NCBI GenBank assembly: GCA_010909165.1
Contig: VJWM01000193.1
Span: 248,001-312,000, forward strand
Source of the DNA: Anthoceros angustus
Taxonomy: Eukaryota; Plantae; Anthocerotophyta
Length of the DNA: 64,000 bases
Direction: 5' to 3'
The notes under the pieces were generated by a model, which made no database searches, had not been told where the DNA came from, and saw only the letters and a list, made by a program, of their open reading frames with translations. Both the position numbers and the translations under genes were made by a program. Position 1 is the stretch's first letter; every line of letters begins with the position of its first letter. Positions 10,757-22,250 of this stretch are shown piece after piece.

Positions 10757-13270
10757 ATGTTCAGGATGCTAGAGGATGCAGCCAAGACACAGGCAGGAAT
10801 ATCTGACCAGGGGCAGCCGATTCAGGCCGTCGAGGGCTTGAACCTCCTGGTACAACGAGGGTTTTATGTTCCCATATCCCTCTTCTACAATGTCCTCAAG
10901 ACTTCTTCGTCGAAACGGGATATATTGGCCGGACAAGCTATTAGTGATCTTGTTCTCAGAGCTGGATTTGAGTCGAACAGATTCTTAGCCAACCACTTCA
11001 TCTGCATGTATGCTTCTCATGGGAGGTTGCAGGAAGCATGGCAGGTGTTCATAGCAATGCTTGCTCCTGATTCATACATGTGGTCATCCATTATCTTGGC
11101 TCATGCTGACCATGGACAGCCCCAGGAGGCAATCAGGCTGTATTGGAAGATGCGCCAGTCGTCGGTGTTGCCTGACAACTATATATTTGCAGCAGTCCTT
11201 AAAGCATGTGTCAATGCTGCAGATTTAGCATCGGGCAGGCATGTGCATGCTGACGTTTTGAGCAGTGTAACAAAGCCTGACTTATATGTAGGCAGCTGCC
11301 TGGTGGACATGTATGGAAAGTGTGGGAGGTTGGAGGATGCCCGCAGGGTGTTCGACCATATGACCACAAAAAATCTGGTTACATGGACTGCCATGATTGC
11401 AGGGTACGCACGGCACGGGCTTGGGCAAGAAGCCCTTGCTCTTTATGCTAGTATGGAGGACGAGGGCATCACTGTCGCTGATGGTTTTATGTTTGCATCC
11501 CTTTTCCAAGCATGTGCTAGCATCGGTGCTGTACATCAGGGGAGGAAATTCCATTCTGAGATTAGGCGAAGAGGAGTGGAGGTGGATGTGGTTGTCGGCA
11601 GCTCCCTGGTGGACATGTATGCGAGATGTGGAGGCTTGGATAATGCCCGCCAGGTGTTTGACAGCCTGGGTACCAGAGACGTGGTCACATGGAATGCCAT
11701 GATTGCAGGATATGCTCAGCACGGGCTTGCACAAGAAGCTCTTGCCCTTTATGCCACGATGCAGGAGGAGGGAAGTAGTCAAGCTGACGAGGGTACATTT
11801 CTGTGCCTCCTCAAAGCATGTGGCAGCATTCAAGCGCTACATCAGGGAAAGCAACTTCACTTACAGGTTCAAGAAAGTGGACTGGAATCTGATGTAGGCA
11901 TTGGGAATTGCCTGATTGACATGTATGTCCAGTGTGGGAGCTTAGATGATGCCCGGCATGTGTTTGACAATTTAGCTGGGAAAGATGTGGTGACATGGAC
12001 CGCCATGCTTGCAGGCTATGCTCAGCATGGCCTTGGAGAAGAAGCCCTTGCCCTTTATGCTAGTATGGAGCAGCAGAGCCCTGTTATGGCTGATCAGGCG
12101 ATGTTTGTGTGCCTCCTGAAGGCTTGTGCTGGCCTTGGAGCGATGCACCATGGTAAGCGACTTCATGTCCAGGTTCAGGAAAGAGGACTAGAGGCTGATG
12201 TGGTTGTCGGAAGCTGTCTGGTAGACATGTACACAAAATGTGGGAGCTTAATTGATGCCCGGAGTGTTTTTGACAAAATGGCTACCAAGACTGTGGTCAC
12301 CTGGAATGCCATGCTTGGCGGGTACGTCGAGGCTGGATTTGGACACGAAGCCCTTGCTCTTTATGCAAGTATGCAGCAGGAGGGCACCGCCACAGCCACG
12401 CATGTCACTTTTGTGTGCCTCCTGAGGGCTTGTGGCAGTGTTGGAGCTTTTCATGTGGGCAAGGCTCTTCATTATCAAATTCGAGAAAGGGGACTGGAAG
12501 CTAATGCAGTTGTTGGTAGCTCCCTGGTCGACATGTATTCTAAATGTGGAAGCTTAGATGATGCCCGATGTGCATTTGAGAACCTGACTGTAAAGAATGT
12601 GGTGACATGGACTGCCATGATCGCGGGGTATGGCCAACATGGGCTTGGCCAACAGGCTCTGCAGTGCTACGAGGAAATGCTGTTGGCTGGTGTGAAGCCA
12701 AACGGAGTCACATTCCTCTTGCTTCTCTCTGCATGCAACCATGCCGGCCTAGTCGACAGGGGATCTGAGTACTTTGAATCCATGAGCAGGGAGCATGATA
12801 TACATCCAGAGATTGAGCACTATGTGAGTATGATAGACATGTTGGGTCGAGCAGGGCGCTTTTCTACGCTGGAAAGGTTGCTGTCGACCATGCCCATGGA
12901 GCCTGATCTGGCTACATGGCTGTGTGTCTTGAGTTCTTGTAGGAAGCATGGAAATGTAGTGTTGGGAGAGCGGGCTTTTGCTTGTGCACTGCGTCGTGAG
13001 CCAAGGCATTCATCAGCATATGCACTGATGTCACAGATTTATGCTGATGCTGGCCTTGTGGATCAAGCAAAGGAGGTGGGGACGTTGAGAGACGTGAAGT
13101 GCTCTAGGAAAGAACCTGGTCAAAGTTGGATTGAGCACGAGCTGGGAACAGAGACATTTTGGGTAGGAGATTGTGGACATCTACAGCATGAACAACTCTA
13201 TGACGTGTTGGAGAAGATCACGGAGAGGATGAATTCCAGGACTATGGCTAACGATATACCTGCGTTGTAA
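10757..13270 (+). CDS. PLS-class pentatricopeptide repeat protein with E1/E2/E+ end (organellar RNA-editing factor), no complete DYW domain
   Basis: 837-aa intronless ORF with five P1-L1-S1 triplets (VVTWNAMIAGYAQHG / F.CLLKAC / VGSSLVDMY.KCG.L.DA), then P2-L2-S2, E motifs and PG box KEPGQSWIE. It stops before any HxE/CxxC. The true N-terminus may lie in an upstream exon. Confidence 0.95.
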   Translation: MFRMLEDAAKTQAGISDQGQPIQAVEGLNLLVQRGFYVPISLFYNVLKTSSSKRDILAGQAISDLVLRAGFESNRFLANHFICMYASHGRLQEAWQVFIAMLAPDSYMWSSIILAHADHGQPQEAIRLYWKMRQSSVLPDNYIFAAVLKACVNAADLASGRHVHADVLSSVTKPDLYVGSCLVDMYGKCGRLEDARRVFDHMTTKNLVTWTAMIAGYARHGLGQEALALYASMEDEGITVADGFMFASLFQACASIGAVHQGRKFHSEIRRRGVEVDVVVGSSLVDMYARCGGLDNARQVFDSLGTRDVVTWNAMIAGYAQHGLAQEALALYATMQEEGSSQADEGTFLCLLKACGSIQALHQGKQLHLQVQESGLESDVGIGNCLIDMYVQCGSLDDARHVFDNLAGKDVVTWTAMLAGYAQHGLGEEALALYASMEQQSPVMADQAMFVCLLKACAGLGAMHHGKRLHVQVQERGLEADVVVGSCLVDMYTKCGSLIDARSVFDKMATKTVVTWNAMLGGYVEAGFGHEALALYASMQQEGTATATHVTFVCLLRACGSVGAFHVGKALHYQIRERGLEANAVVGSSLVDMYSKCGSLDDARCAFENLTVKNVVTWTAMIAGYGQHGLGQQALQCYEEMLLAGVKPNGVTFLLLLSACNHAGLVDRGSEYFESMSREHDIHPEIEHYVSMIDMLGRAGRFSTLERLLSTMPMEPDLATWLCVLSSCRKHGNVVLGERAFACALRREPRHSSAYALMSQIYADAGLVDQAKEVGTLRDVKCSRKEPGQSWIEHELGTETFWVGDCGHLQHEQLYDVLEKITERMNSRTMANDIPAL

Positions 13271-13729
13271 AAATAAAGACGTGATGGGGTGACGAATGGA
13301 GCGCGCACAGCACAAAAAGGCGTTCCGTAGTGAGACTTCCCAGGGATACTCCATTTCTTGGTCACATTGCACGGTCTACTTCAGTTCTGCAAATGTTCTT
13401 CACCTGCGGAATCCGGTCAGGTCATGTCTCCATCGATCCTCACTGTCAGTTACAAACTAAGGCTCCCGCGTGGCAAGACCGTTTTAGGCAGCCTGTGCGG
13501 ACTGCGTAGTCATGATTCAGGATGTGCAAGGTGGGGCGTAGAAACGATATGTCGCAATCCTCAATCAAGGTTAACATATCCTCAATCAAGGTTAACATAT
13601 TTTGTTCATTTAGATCTTGGTTAGTGAAACTTCTAAGTATTTATGAGTTGAGTGCCTAAACACCATAGAAATATTCTTTAATCTATCATGTATAAGCATT
13701 GAGTTGGATACCACTATGGTATACACTCT

Positions 13730-13775
13730 TACAGTCAAGCACCCTAGGCTTGGATCAGCTTTGAGGTGGGGTGCT
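13730..13775 (+). pseudogene. Degenerate 5S rRNA-derived fragment, same family as 4139-4195
   Basis: cagtcaagcaccctaggcttggatcagctttgaggtggggtgct resembles 5S CAGTTAAGCGTGCTTGGGCGAGAGTAGTACTAGGATGGGTGACC and closely resembles the 15075 copy. Confidence 0.4.
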
Positions 13776-15074
13776 ACTAAGTTAGAGTTTTAAATGGAAG
13801 CACCCTTTGGTGCATCCAATTGTGCAAACAAAATGAGCGTTAATCTTACTCTGATTCTATGATGAGAATCGAAATGCTACAATACATAAAATGTTGCAAT
13901 AGAATGAATAAACTATTAACAGTGTAAATGTGTATATATGCGATAAAGGTGGTAGTTGTTGTAATCACTTATGGCCCTAGCCAATTAAGGAATTATTAAA
14001 TGGCTAATCTAATAACTAGATCAAGGGTGCCCTAATGAATAGTACCCTGATGTAGATATATTTTTTGGGACGTCGAGTGACAACAGAGAATTCAGAGGAT
14101 TCGTGCAGTGCTGGTGCTATCTAATATGAGCATCCTACAACCTAATAACTAGATCAAGGGTGTCCAGTTGTAGCTCCCACTCTGAAGTGAGAGTTACTGG
14201 AGTGGGAGCTAGAATCGGACTCGGAGTTGTGACCCAATTTGTTGAAAACCATTGGAAATTGTTTATCACGATTGATCTTAGTTCGGCTCCTTCTCCTGCT
14301 CTAATGCTCGTAGCCTCACTTGCCCTTGTACACAGTCTTTGCCATGATTTTGGACAATAGGTCATCCCTTAGGAAAGGAAGTGAGACTTGGATTCATCGT
14401 GGAGCATCGTATACACTCGAGGTGTTACATGTTTCATTCCTCTTACATGAAGGTGTATGAAATTACATGGCCTTCTTGCATGGGGAAATACTTGTGCACC
14501 TATGCCATAGCGCATCCTCCGCCACCCAACCTGGAAGGTTGATGATGACATGCTCATAAACGGTGTACTGAATAGGGTCTGTTGCAATCACATATGTAGC
14601 GAAGACATAGTGCTGGGGTCAGAAAGACCAAATTCTCACGTGAGAAATAGGTTAGCCCTGAAAGAAACGCCGTTAGGCAAAATATATGGGTGCTTGCTGA
14701 AAGAAAAGAAGCCGCTCTCCCCGGTTATGGAGAACATGATGTCTTGGACTGCATCATGTGTAGTAATATGCTGTTCCTCAATTAGACAGTAGCGACCTAA
14801 ATGGGTTATAAAGTCGTCAAGGGGGCCACAACTACAGGTCGTGAATGGGTCACATAGTCGTGGAGGGGCCTACAACTGTACGTCGTAAAAGAAAAGGGTA
14901 GAGGTTGGACCAAGCCCGTGTCGAACAAAATTGCAATAGGAAAAGAAGAAGAAGAAGAAGAATTTTATTTAAGTCCACTAAGGACGGATTTCCGTCATGG
15001 GACTTGGTACTTAACAACTTGTACCATGGTGTGCCTAAGCTACTTGCATCAAGGGCATCCACTCACTCCCTTTA

Positions 15075-15127
15075 GGCACCCCATCTAAGTACCGATCCAA
15101 GCTCAGGATGCTTAATCACGGCTTAGA
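15075..15127 (-). pseudogene. Degenerate 5S rRNA-derived fragment, same family as 4139-4195
   Basis: Reverse complement ...gattaagcatcctgagcttggatcggtacttagatggggtgcc shares the GTACTT(A/G)GATGGGGTGCC box-C-like end with the 4139 copy. Confidence 0.55.
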
Positions 15128-15615
15128 AGGACCAAGCTGATGTGAAATGAAATTGTGACAGAAAAAGAAGTCAATGTGAATAGAAAGGCCTGGATGCAAA
15201 ATCCTGGCTTCTCTTGCTCCTTGCAAGCTCAAATGAGAAACGGATTCGCAAGTTTTGAGGAGGCGGCTAATTTGGAGCGTTTTATAAACTCATGAGGATG
15301 CATGCATGCGTCGGTACACGCCGTTGCCGCATACCACCAGTGGGCGACGGATCATTATGTTGCGTGACAATTACATTTGGGTACTGTATATCATATTTTA
15401 CAGCATTGTTTACGGTTCAAGACGCTTTCCCCTGCCGGTTCCTTCAGATGGCTGCAGCACTAATCCCTGCCTTCTCCTCTAGCCCTCCGCCCAATCAGTG
15501 AAGTCGACGCAGCCGTGACGCTCTGTACGCACATTTCCGTGGCAGATAATCGGCAGTCCTGTGCATTGTGAGCTGCCATTTATGCGTGGCATCCGGCTAG
15601 GGGTGGCTTCTTGGC

Positions 15616-17777
15616 ATGAAGATGGCCACGGGATCTGGATCGGGGCGGGTCTGCTGATGCGGTGACAAGGTGTTTCCCTTCTTGCTGATTTTAGTCCAGA
15701 TCGCAGGGGAGCCGGCGAGATGCATCTGCAGGAGAACAGCTGGTCTTCGCGGTGGAGCTCCCAAGCTGGCGGAGGCTTGGTGAGTTGCTACCATCCTTTC
15801 TTCCATGCATGATGGATGAACAGCTGGATGGGGGACTATAATTCAAGAGCTTGGATAGGCCCTCGATGAATTTTGTGCTCCGCTGATTGGTCAATGCTGG
15901 GCAGCAGATTTTGCCAGCAGGTTTTGTGCACATAATTTGGATGTGACTCCTCAGTTTTTGCCGCATTGGTGGCAGGCAAAGGTGTTTTCAACTGGATTCA
16001 CAAAAGTTTCGAAAGGGCTCCTCGCCTTCCTTCTCCTGGGATATGTTTCAAAGCTCGTCTCATCAGCAACTGTTGATTACTTTGCACTTATACCTGGAAA
16101 GTAAGAAGCAGAATTTATACCTTGAAGAGATGTTGGTTTTCATGTCTGTAGAGCTTCTGACAGGGTTATGTGGCTCAGAACAATTCCTTTCGGATGGAAC
16201 GTGGTCACCGCGGGGTATTTGGAGATGAGTTTTCTCGGGGTAACCCTCCTTGTGTATTTAGCTGGCACGTTTTTGTGTTGTTGACCATAACGAGGCTAGC
16301 CTCCTTGCCTTATGAGTTGATCCGTTCTTGATTTGGTTTGTCTAAAACGGTTCTCTGGCTTATGTTTTGCTGCAGCTGTTTGTCAGTGCCGTTTCCATAT
16401 TGGTTTTCGGGAAGATTTTGCAGCCTATTTGGGGCTCTAGGGAATTCTTGAAGTTTATCATTGTCGTCAACTTCTTGGCAGGCATTGGCACCTTCATATT
16501 TGCCATTGTCCTCTACTATGCAACGACGAGTGAGGATTTTCTGTAAGCTGCTTCTTTCTACCAAACCTCGGTTTTCGAACTGCTTGGGGCTTTGCAAAAC
16601 AAATTGCTAGGCTTTGCTTCTAGTTTCTCACAGGTTCGTCCTGCCTATGAGGGTCGACACAGAGATCCTGGGAGCTCAGGCACTCATCTTAAGCTTTATA
16701 AGCCTGGTATGTCTGATGTATGACGTGCCTGTCCACTTGAGAATAGATACACACCAATTGCTGGATTTCATGGAGCGATAGCAGGATTCGTTGTTGCGAT
16801 CAAACAAATTATGCCCGATCAAGAGTATACCAGATTCAAGCTGAAAGTGCGTGCAAAGGTACGGTTGGCCCTGCTGAGAAATGAGTTTTCAGTGTGTGTT
16901 CAGCAAGAATAGTGAGATCTCATTTGCTTCATATGTTGGTGGTTGGGTCTTGCGAGAATGGGATGGTAAGTTGTATGAACAGCGTCATAATCCGCTGAAC
17001 ATCAGTCCATGTTGTTGACGATCTGTTGATCCAGTGGTTGCCATCTATCCTCGTGCTGGGCTCAGTTATCCTCAGCATCATTCTGAAGGATCCAATCCAG
17101 TTTCTGCCTTTTCACCTTTTCGGAACCTACGGAGCATGGCTGTACCTACGTTATGCGCAGCGAAAGCCAGAAACAACCTATCGTGGTGATCCCAGTGATG
17201 AATTCGCTTTTGCAACATTTTTCCCTGAGTTCTTGAGGTCAGTGAGTCAATGGGTTCGCTTGCTTTGTTCATGCCTTGTTATCTTCATCTATTTTCGTCT
17301 TGCGAAAGGGCATGTATCTGCGTTGCTGCTGTGCCACCGAGTGGCAGTTTACTCACTCATGCCTTTTCTGATGCAGTCCTGCTGTGAACATAGTTGCCAC
17401 AGTTGTTGAGAGGATCTTCTGTGGACGGTCATACCTGAGTGACGAGCTCGGCAACGGGTACTCGCTTGGAGGGAAACCTCTACCAGGTTCAGACCCAGCA
17501 GATGCCAGCAGAAGACGGTACATGTCCCCCTTCCACATCTGCCAGTACTTCGCTTGTAGCAGATCTGCCTCTATTAAAAATAATGTGGTCTGTTTGCTCC
17601 CATGTAACTCAACGTCGGATTGGATTGTGAAGGGAGCGGGGAGCCCGGGCTCTGGAAGAGAGGCTGAACGCAAACACAAAACCTGCAGGAACAGAATCTG
17701 CTGTCCAGGATGGTGTCCCCACCTTACCTCTCAGTGTATCGGCGACAGAATCACTGGATGCTGCAGACATGGTGTAG
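15616..17777 (+). CDS. RBL19: Rhomboid-like protein 19 / TMEM115 (DUF1751) family membrane protein, multi-exon
   Basis: Exons give STGFTKVSKGL...FALIPG, QPIWGSREFLKFIIVVNF, YTPIAGFHGAIAGFVVAIKQIMPDQE, WLPSIL...FGTYGAWLYLRYAQRKPET.YRGDPSDEFAFATFFPEFLR, GKPLPGSDPADASRRRERGARALEERL, TAG 17775-17777. The first micro-exon (MKMATGSGSGR, 15616) is inferred. Confidence 0.88.
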
Positions 17778-18749
17778 AGAACGTGTTTGACTGTTAATGT
17801 GGGACACAAAAATACCGGAGCTTCCTTTCCAGTCACAGTCCATGCTGCCGGTGGAGGTTCTGTGTACGTCACCTAGCAGCTTATCTTCAGAAATTCCGCT
17901 TCTCTTTCCCGTTCACCAGTTGAAAACTGTCATGACAACAGGACAACAGGACTGAGATGATCCTTTGTAAGGAGAGACATAGAGCTTGTGCCTATCACTG
18001 TGAATACACGTTTCACTGTACTGCATCCTGTCAAGAACGCGACATTGATCACGCACGCATGCTACGTTGCAAGCTTCCGCCTGCAAGCCACTCCACGGAC
18101 CATGTGGGAGGTGCGCTGTCTTATCTCTGATCGAGTGGATCAGCAAAGCCTTGCCTAATCTGGCTGTCAAAGCTCGTGCAATGGCCTCCTCAAGTGCGTG
18201 CATGAATGAGCATGATGCGGCATGTCACGAAGAGCAGCCGAGGATCCTGGGTCTCGTCGATGGTGCCTGCAGCTTGCTGACAGCGATGAGGCCGGGCTGG
18301 TCCCACTCCATTCAATGCAGGAGAGAGAAGAGGGCGCTCCGCCCACCAGCTCGCAAGTGGAGGGAGATTACCCGACGTGGTGGATTCTGGGCATGGGAGT
18401 TTCCCGATCCCGACACACCCACGGGCCGCAGCTTCGGCCCAGGGGCCAGGATGCCTGCGCAGGGCATTTGCAGCATCCAGTAAAAAGGTGAAGGAAAAAC
18501 GCGGTTCTGCCGGCAGCCTGCGGCGCCTTGCTCTCTCGCCTCGATGCCCCATGCTATGCGGAAGCCGCGGGAAAGCGCCACTTGAATGACGGAAAACAGA
18601 CCACGCAGGCAGCAGCGTCTCGGAGCTCTTTTTGCTGCTACCCGCCTGCTGCAATTGCTGCAATTTCTGGGATGCTTCCTGCTTCTGGGCTGTGGTGACA
18701 TGAGGGAGCGGCATTAGGTTGGAGTGGAGCTAGCAGCTGGAGCTGCGGG

Positions 18750-20940
18750 ATGGGGAGGGTGAAATCGCGTTGTGGGCGGCCGGAATTGGGAGGAGAGTGG
18801 GAGGAAAGGAAGCGGAGGGGGAGCTTCTGCTCCAGGACGCTGCCGCTGCTTTTGATTTTGGCGTGCGGGGTGGGAGCAATTTGTGGGTTCTGCGGGGTGG
18901 AGACCTGGCGGACGGGGTGGACCGCGTTTGCTGCGGGGGTGGTGATGGTGGCGTTGCTGCGGAGGGGGTCCAGGCGAGAGCTGCGGCGGGTGGAAGAGAA
19001 GGCGAGGCTGTTGGAGGCGGAGGTTCGGGAGGAGACCAAGGCGGAGTTTCAGTCCTTCCTGCACCCTGACTTCGACAAGGATTTTCTGCAGCTGCTTGGT
19101 ACTCTGGACGAGGTGAGGGAACGTGTTGTGTGTCTTGGGCGTTAGATGATGCAGTGGTGGTGGTGGTGGTGGTGGTACTTACGAGTGCGTGTGTGTGTGT
19201 GGTGTGGTGTGTGTGTTCCAGTCGTCCTTGTGGAGGTCCCTTGAAGCAAGGACTGGATGGTAAGCAGCCACCAGATTGTTTTCTCTTGTTCGCTGGAGTG
19301 TGAGAAAGATGGGTGACGAGGTTTGATGTTGGGTGAGGAGGGTTTTTTGGCTGACCGATGTGGGTGTCTGGGTGATTTGTTTCGTCGGGGGGTGCAGGAA
19401 GACCGGAGGTCATGACTATGCGACCAAGCTGGAGAACGTTGCAGCTGAGGCACGAGCTGTTGCTGCCAGGTTGAATGCTGCTGCTAGCCAAGCTCATGCG
19501 TTTGCAGAAAAGTTAGCCTTGCCAGGTTTTGGTCAAGATGAGGATGAGCTGAGTCTGAGGACTGTTGCCACAGGCGTTTCTGCCTTAGGGACAGATGGGA
19601 TGAGTACCAGAAGCAATGTGCTCTACGAAGATCCTGAGTGTAAATCTGAAGATGAGCTGAGCTCTGAGAGTGGTTTGACCGTAGAGACCTCGTTGCCGAA
19701 ACCGGAGGACTGTTTGCTCACCATCAGCTGCAGAGTTGAAGGCGTGGCTCCAGCAAGACCAGATGAGGTTGCTTCTCAGACTAGTTTTGGGGCAGGTGAT
19801 CGAGTGTCGGACGGAGATACGACCACGGTTACAGTTGGTGAAGATTTCGTATACCGACGAACTGGTTCGATGACTGTGTTTGTGGATATTGTGGGGCCTG
19901 AAGATGATCCAGTGCCCAGCAACGAGTCTGCTCATGACATGCAACCAGTCATGCAGCAGCAGCAGGACTTGACAGAACTTGTTGGGGATGTGATTCGGAT
20001 TGCCGAACCTGAAGAGGAAGCAGCTGAGGAGCTGGTAGATGGCCCAGACTCATGCCTTGAGACTGAAGACATTGGTCCAGAAAGTGAAGATGGATGGCAT
20101 GGAGGGAGTGTGGTGACCGCTGATCTCTTTGAGGATATTGCCTCGGAGGAAGCTACTCTCAATACTCGCATCATGGGTTCTGAAACACAAGATAGTGTGT
20201 CTGTTATGGCCAGTCCCGTCGAATCTGCGGCATCGAAACAATGCTCAGATAGGGACTTCGATGCTATGGCGGCGGGGCTGCCAGGTGCTGCTGGCACCGT
20301 GAGTACTTCGAGCTACAGAACCACCTGGACAGATACATCCTTCGGCCAAACTGAAGAGGGCGCCTGTTCACAAGCCAGCCCTGACGAACGTTTTCCGTCT
20401 AGGACATTGAGCTTTAGGGAGGCGGGTACAGGTCACAGTCATCTTACGACCCAATCGGTGACGTCCAGGCATCGGGTCTCGAAAAGTGACGGGGAGTTTC
20501 TGTTCCGGGATTCCTTGGAAGGCAGTGCATCTGAAAGGGAAAACGTCTCGAGCGTGACAAGTAGTCCCATGGGGTATGGCTCATCTCTAAAACCCATGGG
20601 TACCACGAGCATCAGCAGCAGGTTGCCGGAGGATGCTTCTCCCACCCACGTTACAAGGACGAGCAACAAGCCTCAGGGCATTGCGTCGAGGCTACGAGGT
20701 GTCCTGAGATCAAACAGGTTCGCTAGCAGTAAAGTTGTCCCGAGACGAGATGACATACCAAGGCAAGGTTCCAGCTCCAAGAAGGAAGATGCGTCCAAAG
20801 CCAATGTTGCTCCGAAGCGGGAAGACGTGCTGAAAGCCAATAGAATACCATCTGCAGAAGCTGCTCCAAAGGTGGGTACTAGCGCAAAGGCGCTGCAAAA
20901 CGCGAAAGCCATTTCTGTAAGAAGAAGTTTGGTTTCCTAG
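18750..20940 (+). CDS. Hypothetical protein: two hydrophobic segments, a coiled coil, then a long acidic/Ser-rich disordered tail
   Basis: Exon 1 is 18750 to ~19112 (GAG|gtgagg). The intron carries (GGT)n/(GT)n. Exon 2 is an uninterrupted ORF of >500 codons to TAG 20940. A possible 41-nt intron (20917-20957, gtaag...ttgcag) would extend the CDS to 21140. Confidence 0.65.
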
Positions 20941-21904
20941 GTAGTTGGGGTTTGCAGGTGAAATCTGCTGCCCTTGTATCACAAGAGTCTGTACATTACA
21001 ACATCGGAGTTCCGGGAGGAGTAGCAGTGGAGACTAGACTAATTGAGTCACTTGCCAATGTTTACTGGATAAACCATCCGCAATTCAATTTTCACGAATC
21101 ACGTCTTTCATTCTTAACACTCGGAACAAGTGGTATGTGACACTTCAAAGAGGGACAAAAGTCTCCCTCTATCAGAGGTCTGCAATATACATGTACGCTT
21201 CATCTTTGCCTTCATTTGGCCGCGGCTGACAAGGGTCGTAAATTGACCCGTCAGCACCAGCATCATATAATTTTCTAGAATAATTCAATATAATAAAATA
21301 TTATACTATTTAAATATTTAAATATGTATCACGTATTTATTAATTTCTCACTCTTTTAGTTTTTAAGACTGTTGTTCATCTATACGCCAGAGGTTTTACC
21401 TTACACGGATTTTTCTTTTTTTTCATCTCTTATAACTTTTGTCTCAGTTACGGTCTCATTCGTATGTGTACTATGTATTTTACCTCTTTTACGTTGTACT
21501 ATCTCTGTCCCATAGTGGTCCTTCCATCCTTAGTGGACATAAATAAAGTTGTTGTTGTGAAGTAACCTTGACTGCTACCTTACATGCGGGAGTTTGATGC
21601 TCGTCACCTCAGTTAGAAAGTTTAGAGAAAATTTTCTTTTTTTATTTTTTCACATCTTCCACACCCTAAGTGTTGCCCACAATCCTGCATATTTGTTTAT
21701 CTCCCCATATCCCAGCATCCATGCGGTTCATGGTAATGTTTAAGCCACCCATTCGGGAGTTTTGGGTTAGTGTCTAGGTGGTGGATCACGCTGCTTAGTA
21801 CAACGCATTCATTTTGTAAGGTTAAATAGCCTCTGGTCATCTATACAAAGGTTATCTTTTTCACCTCATAGAGTGCATCAATTTACAATATGTTGCCATG
21901 ACAT

Positions 21905-22250
21905 TGTAAAGACTAAGGGACACACATCTTAGGAGGTTGTCAAGACATTCGACTAAGGGGTATACATCCAAGCAGGTTGTCGAGACATTCGGCTAGGGTT
22001 GTCAAGACATTCGGCTAAGGGGCACACATCGCATGAGGTTGTCGAAATTTTTTTTTGCGATTGTTCCAAGAGATTGAGGTAATGGTGATACACTACACAT
22101 TCCTTGCGCGATTGTTACAAGAGGTTGAGGCTGTGGTGATAGACTACAGCCTCGGCTGTTTAGCCTCAACATGTTCCAAAAGAGGCTAATAGATTGCGGC
22201 TTCCATTGTTTCTAGAAGGGGGTAATAGACTCCGGCCTTGACTGTTTTGC
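21905..22250. repeat. Short degenerate ~40-bp tandem repeats, probable TE relic
   Basis: gactaaggg...cacatc...gaggttgtc(a/g)agacattc occurs about four times, followed by paired gaggttgagg...ggtgata.actaca. Confidence 0.55.

Noticed and set aside
18638-19497. Minus-strand ORFs overlapping the orphan gene
   Set aside because: They are low-complexity antisense frames that cross microsatellites.
21224-21280. Helitron 3' end (hairpin followed by CTAG)
   Set aside because: The CTAG is followed by A rather than T, the spacing is long, and no matching 5' TC end could be defined.
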